A DNA stretch of 64,000 bases from Promethearchaeota archaeon. Its GTDB lineage: Archaea > Asgardarchaeota > Lokiarchaeia > Sigyniarchaeales > SOKP01. A model generated the notes under the pieces. The model did no database searches, had not been told where the DNA came from, and was given only the letters and a program-made list of their open reading frames with translations. Both the position numbers and the translations under genes were made by a program. The DNA is taken from assembly GCA_019057795.1 (NCBI GenBank), contig JAHLWS010000043.1, positions 13,746 through 77,745 on the forward strand, written 5' to 3'. This document shows positions 58,299 through 64,000 of this stretch, one piece after another. Position 1 is the first letter of the stretch; the number at the start of each line of letters is the position of its first letter.

Positions 58299-59406
58299 TC
58301 ACATCGAACCAGAAATAAAAAGAATTCTTAAAAAAGCAGAGGATTCAGAGGAAATAACCTCAGAAGAAGCCTTAAAACTTCTAAAAATTACAGGAAAAGA
58401 ATTTGTTGCTTTACAACAAATAGCTGATCAGATTTGTTTTGAGAAGAAAAATAATCTTGTAACATTTATTATAAATCAAAATATAAATTTTACAAATATC
58501 TGTTATCAGGATTGTAAATTTTGTTCTTTTAGCGTTTCAAACGATAGTGAAGAAAGTTTTTTACTCACTCTTGAAGATCTTAGAGAAAAAGTTTTGGACG
58601 CTAAAAATGCTGGTTGTACGGAGGTCTGTATTCAGGGTGGAATAAACCCGAAACTAGATTTTGACTATTACCTAAATATTCTGAAGGTAGTAAAAGAAGT
58701 TGATAAGAACATGCATACGCACGCTTTTTCGCCACAAGAAGTTTTTTACATATCGAAATTATATGGAAATCCAATTGAAGATACGCTAAATGAATTGAAG
58801 AAAGCAGGATTAGATTCAATGCCCGGCACTGCGGCTGAAATCTTGGTTGATGAAGTTAGAAAAATTATTTGTCCTAATAAAATATCAACGCCTCAATGGA
58901 TTGATGTGATAAGTTCTGCTCATAAGTTAGGCATCCCTACAACTTCAACTATGATGTATGGACATATCGAAGATTTACTAGACAGGATCAAGCACCTTGA
59001 AGTGTTAAGGGAGATTCAAAAAGAGACTTTAGGTTTTACTGAATTTGTCCCTTTACCCTTTGTTAAGGAAAATCCAATGCTATCGACCCTAACAGATTTC
59101 CCTTTAAAACCAAGTTTTGGAATGGCAGATTTAAAACTCTTCTGCGTAGCAAGAATATTTTTTAATAATTACATTGATAATATTCAATGTTCATGGGTTA
59201 AATTGGGACCAAAATTTGCTCAAGTATCTCTTAACTATGGAGTAAACGATTTTTCTGGGACACTAATGGAAGAAAATATATCAAAAAGTGCAGGTGCGGA
59301 ATTTGGAGAGTACTTATCTCCAGAGGAAATAATTGAAATTATTAAAGCTGCAGGAAAACGCCCAGCACAGAGAGATACATTATATAAAATATTAAAATTT
59401 CACTAA
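58282..59406 (+). CDS. cofH: FO synthase subunit 2 (radical SAM)
   Basis: NINFTNICYQDCKFC, EVCIQGG, SMPGTAAEIL, TMMYGH, NIQCSWVKLG. Confidence 0.93.
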   Translation: MPQIYNHIEPEIKRILKKAEDSEEITSEEALKLLKITGKEFVALQQIADQICFEKKNNLVTFIINQNINFTNICYQDCKFCSFSVSNDSEESFLLTLEDLREKVLDAKNAGCTEVCIQGGINPKLDFDYYLNILKVVKEVDKNMHTHAFSPQEVFYISKLYGNPIEDTLNELKKAGLDSMPGTAAEILVDEVRKIICPNKISTPQWIDVISSAHKLGIPTTSTMMYGHIEDLLDRIKHLEVLREIQKETLGFTEFVPLPFVKENPMLSTLTDFPLKPSFGMADLKLFCVARIFFNNYIDNIQCSWVKLGPKFAQVSLNYGVNDFSGTLMEENISKSAGAEFGEYLSPEEIIEIIKAAGKRPAQRDTLYKILKFH

Positions 59407-61265
59407 ATTCTGTGATCTTGTAAAAGACTTAAGACATACCGTTGTGTAATTAAATCTGAACTTACTTTTCCTAAAACCTTTCCGTCCTTAACAACTGGCA
59501 TAGCAGAAATTTGATATTGTTCTAATTCACGTACAATATCTAGCATAGTATAATCCGGAGAGGCTATTATGACATCTTTAGTCGTAATTTTTTCAACGGT
59601 AACATCACACACCCCATCAGCAGTAGCTTGGGTTATATCCCAATCGGTTGCAACTCCTATAAGTTTACCTTCAGAAAGAACAGCAACTATACCACTATTT
59701 TTTTCTATCATTAACTTGGCAGCATCTTGCATGCTACTTTTCATATCTATGGTTGGAATCGGAACCATTATATCCTTAGCAGTTCGTTGGCTTTCTTTTG
59801 CAGAAAGTCGTTGGATGCTTACACGCTGCGCAGCTGTACAAGGTAGCATGTCTGGGTTAGATGCTAATAAATCAACCAGTTCAATCATGTTACGGTGAAT
59901 AACATTTTCTCTATATTCCTCTCCCGCTATTAGGCGTTGTTTCGATAGTTTAGCAAAGTCATCTTCGCGATCCTTTAGCCATTTTTCTACTGCTTCACGA
60001 TTTCCTAACATTTCGTCCGGTATTTGAAGGTTTTCAGGTGTCTTGATAATATGTTCTTGAGCGGCAAATATGACACCCCCCGAATTAACTAAATAATCGT
60101 TAGCTATCATCACGCCTTTTTCTCCATACACTATTTGTTCCATGCGGGTTCTAGCTGCCCTTCTATTGGGATCTGGAGAGTATGTATTTGCACCTTCAAT
60201 AATTACAGACCATTTTCCCATTCGATCGACTAACATCGATGCTTCATCAGATGAGCGTACGCCTAAATAATTAAATATTGGAGCAGCAGGTACCATACAG
60301 AAAGCGTTCTCAAGAAGTAAGTTATTAGCGTTTGTAGAAAATTTGGTTGGATGTTTATATCCCTCTGGTGCAACCTTATCTTTAAAATATGTATTAGTAA
60401 CTAAGCCAAAGTTTTTCCATAAACCGAAAAGTTCTTCAACTGGAAGTCCATTTTCATTATATAAATAACCTTCCAAATCACTTATGCCTATTACTTTGGC
60501 CTCAGAGATTCGTTCTTTTAGTATATGTGAAGCATGTGCTCCAACGGCTCCAAAGCCTTGAATGATTACCGTAAGATTTCTCTCTTCGGGTATTTCTAGA
60601 TTAGCAAATTGAGGTAGAACTCTCAATCGTGGCAGAATTTTCAACAAAGTTTGCAACGCTATCACAACCCCACCCGCTGCAGCCCCTAATTCATCTATTC
60701 GATTACCACCCATATCAGCTGGTTTAGATATAGCGCTATCCAATCCGTTTTCTATTGCAACTAATTTCATATCAGCATCTTTAGTTCCAACATCTGGACC
60801 TGGAACATAAATATCTTTATATTGTCGTATCAAACGGGCAAAACCGCTAACTATTTTGTCGTGCTCTTCAGGAGAGATAGTTCGCTCAGCCACAATACCT
60901 GATTTTCCACCCCCATAAGGAAGGTTAGCGGCTGCGTTTTTTAGAGTCATACCTCGAGCTAAATTATGTATGTCAGCGGGAGTTATGTCTGGTAACATTC
61001 TAATACCACCCATAGATGGTCTTCCCATAGAAAGGTTATCGACAACTAAATACCCCCCAATTTCTAATTCTGAGCTCTCATCCCACATACAGGCTACAAG
61101 TTGGGGTCCAAGTCTATCGCTTACAATTCCCAACCTTGATAAAAGATGCTCGTCAACATTGGTAAATTCTAGATAACATTTCCCGTTATCTTTTTTAAGT
61201 CTATTTTTTAGAGTAGCTTCCGGAAGGTTCTCGCGAAGATAAACATCCATCTTTTTTGGAATCAT
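59403..61265 (-). CDS. Glu/Leu/Phe/Val dehydrogenase family protein fused to a C-terminal CBS pair
   Basis: GGIR, MTLK, GGGKSG, PGPDVGT, QGFGAVG, EGAN, NSGGVI; two CBS motifs at the end. Confidence 0.88.
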   Translation of the reverse strand: MIPKKMDVYLRENLPEATLKNRLKKDNGKCYLEFTNVDEHLLSRLGIVSDRLGPQLVACMWDESSELEIGGYLVVDNLSMGRPSMGGIRMLPDITPADIHNLARGMTLKNAAANLPYGGGKSGIVAERTISPEEHDKIVSGFARLIRQYKDIYVPGPDVGTKDADMKLVAIENGLDSAISKPADMGGNRIDELGAAAGGVVIALQTLLKILPRLRVLPQFANLEIPEERNLTVIIQGFGAVGAHASHILKERISEAKVIGISDLEGYLYNENGLPVEELFGLWKNFGLVTNTYFKDKVAPEGYKHPTKFSTNANNLLLENAFCMVPAAPIFNYLGVRSSDEASMLVDRMGKWSVIIEGANTYSPDPNRRAARTRMEQIVYGEKGVMIANDYLVNSGGVIFAAQEHIIKTPENLQIPDEMLGNREAVEKWLKDREDDFAKLSKQRLIAGEEYRENVIHRNMIELVDLLASNPDMLPCTAAQRVSIQRLSAKESQRTAKDIMVPIPTIDMKSSMQDAAKLMIEKNSGIVAVLSEGKLIGVATDWDITQATADGVCDVTVEKITTKDVIIASPDYTMLDIVRELEQYQISAMPVVKDGKVLGKVSSDLITQRYVLSLLQDHRI

Positions 61266-61431
61266 GATTTCTTTCCTAATACTTTCTTATCTTAATTTAA
61301 GTAATTCTTCAATTGATAATAATTTAAGATAGGTTTTAAGGTATAATTAATTTAGGATACTTTTACTTATATGGATTTTTAAGTATAATTAATTACTTTG
61401 TTCAAAATTAGATGTACGAGGTAAATTAAAA

Positions 61432-61722
61432 ATGGTAACGATAATAGCCACAATTAATGTAAAAGAAGGCAAACTCGATGAGGCAATTGAAGTTTTGAAG
61501 GAAATCGTCCCTCAGATAAAAGCTTCGGAACCAGGAACTTTAGAATATATTCCTCACACAGTCGCAGGTCGTAAATTTAAAAATACGATTATTTTTTACG
61601 AGAAATATGAAAGCGGAGAAGCGATGAAAACACACATGGCTAACTTAGCTAAAGCAACTGTGAAATTAGCTCCGTTATTAGAACCCGGAATGGATTTAAA
61701 AACTTGTTTTGAAATAGTTTAA
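61432..61722 (+). CDS. Antibiotic-biosynthesis-monooxygenase (ABM) family protein
   Basis: EPGTLEY...FYEKYES.EA...H; GAGGT SD. Confidence 0.85.
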   Translation: MVTIIATINVKEGKLDEAIEVLKEIVPQIKASEPGTLEYIPHTVAGRKFKNTIIFYEKYESGEAMKTHMANLAKATVKLAPLLEPGMDLKTCFEIV

Positions 61723-61755
61723 AAAATTTATTTTTATTTTTTTTAATTCTACTTA

Positions 61756-63330
61756 TTAATTGTCTTGTATAAAAGGTTTGCCAAAAGTCAAGCAAAATTC
61801 AGCTCTACTTAACTCTCGTCCGATATAATTAATATGAGCCAAACTGTTAGTTAAGTTTAATTTAAGAATTTTTTTACCAAGTGCCTCCGCATTACTTCCT
61901 ATTAAAGTTTTAAGAAGAGTATTATCGTTAGAAAAAAATAAAGCGTAGATTTCTTTAGCGTAATGGTTTACATAGAATTTAAAATATCCTTTTTTATCGG
62001 GAGTATAGCCAAGATCGTACTTCTTCACAAAAATTGCTTTTGTTTTATCAATATCTGGAATTTTTTGACTAGTTTTTCCTTTTGCTTTAAAAATTTTAAT
62101 GCCATGATTTATAGGAGGTGTTTTTTTGAATTTTGAGATATAATTTAGTTTCACGCTCTCTTTAAGCTCGGCTACCCCACCCATTAATTTAGTGCTATGC
62201 TCAACTGTAAATAATATTCCCATATCCAACTCAATTGCAATGCTTGCTAACAAACCATTTATTCCCACCGAATCGATATCCATAAGCTCTACTACGTTAG
62301 AAATGCCAAAGAATAGAGGTAATTCCAATTTCTTATTTTCTTCTTTTAAAACTTGCTTTTTATATAAGAAATATGCTTCCAAAGAATTGCAAATCCCTGG
62401 AACGATGGGAGTCTCTAGTAGTGGGTCGGCAATTAACTTTTTAAATCCTTCCTGTCTCAATTCTTGCGTTAATTTAAACAAATTTTTAACTCTTATTTCT
62501 GGTTCTTTAGGGAAATAGGCGGACTTGATGTTTGTTGGTAATATTACAATAGGTATATCTCTAGGAATACTTAAGAAATCCTTATAATTTCCAAGATCTA
62601 AACTTAGGACCATATCAACGCCTTCATCAACAGCAGCCAATACTTCACTTTTTTCCATTGAATCGACACTTATTAAAACATTAAACTTATTTCGTATAAG
62701 ATTAACAATTTCTTTTACCCTGTCTGGATATGGCTTGTTTGCTACACATCCAATATCAATAATATCAGCACCAGATTCGATATAATGTTTTACTTTTTTA
62801 ATTATCTCTTGATTACTTTTTTCTGGACAATTAACAATTTCGGCAATAATCGGAGGAGGAATATTTCGCCCAATTAGAATATCTGAGATTTGTTTGTTGA
62901 TATAAAAAGTATGGAATCCAAGATCATTCTTAGCTATTTCGATCTGTTCCTTAACAATTTCTTCATATGTATTTTCGCAAGAAATCTCCAATAACTTATT
63001 TGCTGCAACTTTATTCGATAATTTGATAGTTTCCAAATGTTTTATAATCATAGGAAGATCGGAAGCGAATTCAGGACCTTTTTTTATATCTATTGAATGT
63101 TGCTCCTCTATTTTTGTAGTATCCCACTGAACGAATCCTGGAAGTAGGATTAAAGCGTATTCACTTAGAGAAACACCTTTTATAATATCTTCAACTAAAT
63201 CTTCCGACAAAAAAGCAGAAACAGTTATAGGGGCTTTATATACATCAATTTTGTATTTTTTAATAGGCTCTATAACTTTCTTTATGATTGGATAACTATT
63301 TAGACCAGTAATAATTAAAATTTTCTTAAT
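61756..63330 (-). CDS. Dihydropteroate synthase-like protein (probable ATT start at 63330)
   Basis: AEIVN, GADIIDIG, SVDS, ADPLL, NVVELMDIDSVGIN, EHSTK, C-terminal DKKGYF...HINYIGREL; frame open to (M)KKILIITG. Confidence 0.85.
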   Translation of the reverse strand: MKKILIITGLNSYPIIKKVIEPIKKYKIDVYKAPITVSAFLSEDLVEDIIKGVSLSEYALILLPGFVQWDTTKIEEQHSIDIKKGPEFASDLPMIIKHLETIKLSNKVAANKLLEISCENTYEEIVKEQIEIAKNDLGFHTFYINKQISDILIGRNIPPPIIAEIVNCPEKSNQEIIKKVKHYIESGADIIDIGCVANKPYPDRVKEIVNLIRNKFNVLISVDSMEKSEVLAAVDEGVDMVLSLDLGNYKDFLSIPRDIPIVILPTNIKSAYFPKEPEIRVKNLFKLTQELRQEGFKKLIADPLLETPIVPGICNSLEAYFLYKKQVLKEENKKLELPLFFGISNVVELMDIDSVGINGLLASIAIELDMGILFTVEHSTKLMGGVAELKESVKLNYISKFKKTPPINHGIKIFKAKGKTSQKIPDIDKTKAIFVKKYDLGYTPDKKGYFKFYVNHYAKEIYALFFSNDNTLLKTLIGSNAEALGKKILKLNLTNSLAHINYIGRELSRAEFCLTFGKPFIQDN

Positions 63331-64000
63331 TTAAATCACTCAATAGTTTTTCTTTATCAAATGGAATAAAAATATCGTCTAAAATTGAGCCCTTAGCTTC
63401 TTTAATCTTTAAATTATTTACTATAGGTTCAAATTCGCCCCCCAACAAACCATTTGCTATGAATGCAGCACCTTGAGCGGCACGCTTGGATAAACTACTA
63501 TAAGATTTCATCAATTTAACGGGAGCACCGATGTTTATACTAATTATAATTTTATCTTTTATGTATTGTAATTCTGATCCTCTTCCTGCCAACAATATTT
63601 CGTATATTTTATCTTTGCTTGAAAAAGATGAAGAAATTCCGTAAATCGCTTTAGTTACATCTGAGACATATGCGTTAAGAGCCATCTTTGTCTGTTCGTC
63701 TTTTTGAGCTAGTAAAATTATTTCTTTTAAACTTAAATCTTCGTATCCAGCAATAAAAGACACTCCTCCCTTGTATATGTTTTCTTTTTTAATGTGTTTA
63801 ATTAAATAAGCTAATTCTCCATCAAGACTTCCACAGGCTCTAAAACCCATAATGTTAGAACCCCCAATTCCATCAATAATCTGTCCATTTTCAATAGCTA
63901 GAACGGCTGTAAATCCGTAACCAATTTCTACCATAATAAAGTTAGATTTTTCTGGACCAATATTCAACCTTTCCATTTGATCTCGTATGCCCGTAACAGC
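63326..64000 (-). CDS. DUF1464-like (butyrate kinase-like fold) protein, 5' end outside window
   Basis: EIGYGFTA, GQIIDGIGG, LDGELAY, AAQGAAFIANGLLGG. Confidence 0.8.
   Translation of the reverse strand, partial: AVTGIRDQMERLNIGPEKSNFIMVEIGYGFTAVLAIENGQIIDGIGGSNIMGFRACGSLDGELAYLIKHIKKENIYKGGVSFIAGYEDLSLKEIILLAQKDEQTKMALNAYVSDVTKAIYGISSSFSSKDKIYEILLAGRGSELQYIKDKIIISINIGAPVKLMKSYSSLSKRAAQGAAFIANGLLGGEFEPIVNNLKIKEAKGSILDDIFIPFDKEKLLSDLN

Noticed and set aside
1-64000. CRISPR arrays, tRNA or rRNA genes, transposases, integrases; many short antisense ORFs in the track
   Set aside because: No repeat-spacer periodicity, cloverleaf or recombinase motifs seen; short ORFs such as 8261-8608, 32640-32987 and 59569-59898 lie opposite well-supported genes

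Overview
AT-rich (roughly 30% GC) archaeal DNA that looks like an Asgard archaeon of the Lokiarchaeia/Promethearchaeota type. The basis is a ubiquitin-E1-E2-JAMM-RING operon, several ubiquitin paralogs, Rab-like and longin-fused small GTPases, a Loki-type LRR protein, archaeal AlaRS, DtdA, EndoQ, FtsZ, CofG/CofH and MptA. Layout: (1) 1-13.3 kb is accessory or defence-like DNA (HEPN-like, PD-(D/E)XK-like and DUF4062 genes, pseudogenes), with a redox cassette between two broken LAGLIDADG genes. (2) 13.3-38.7 kb is mostly housekeeping and redox genes plus one GC-rich ncRNA candidate. (3) 38.9-54.2 kb is a ubiquitin locus in which a 7.4 kb island (truncated LRR gene plus a 5-gene nuclease-like/SF1 helicase/PRTase operon) lies between a ubiquitin gene and a duplicated copy of its 3' half. 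(4) 54.3-64 kb holds pterin, flavin and F420 biosynthesis genes. Top finding: a 29-nt frame-breaking insertion (9559-9587, minus strand) in a ferredoxin-domain gene folds into a bulge-helix-bulge/loop motif. Its predicted tRNA-splicing-endonuclease cut sites exactly restore the frame and the CAEGAL motif, so it is a candidate archaeal-type intron in a protein-coding mRNA. Also notable: gene conversion among ubiquitin paralogs, a multi-TM RING E3 plus a membrane-anchored UBL protein, and apparent ATT start codons. All family assignments come from motifs read by eye; no database searches were run.
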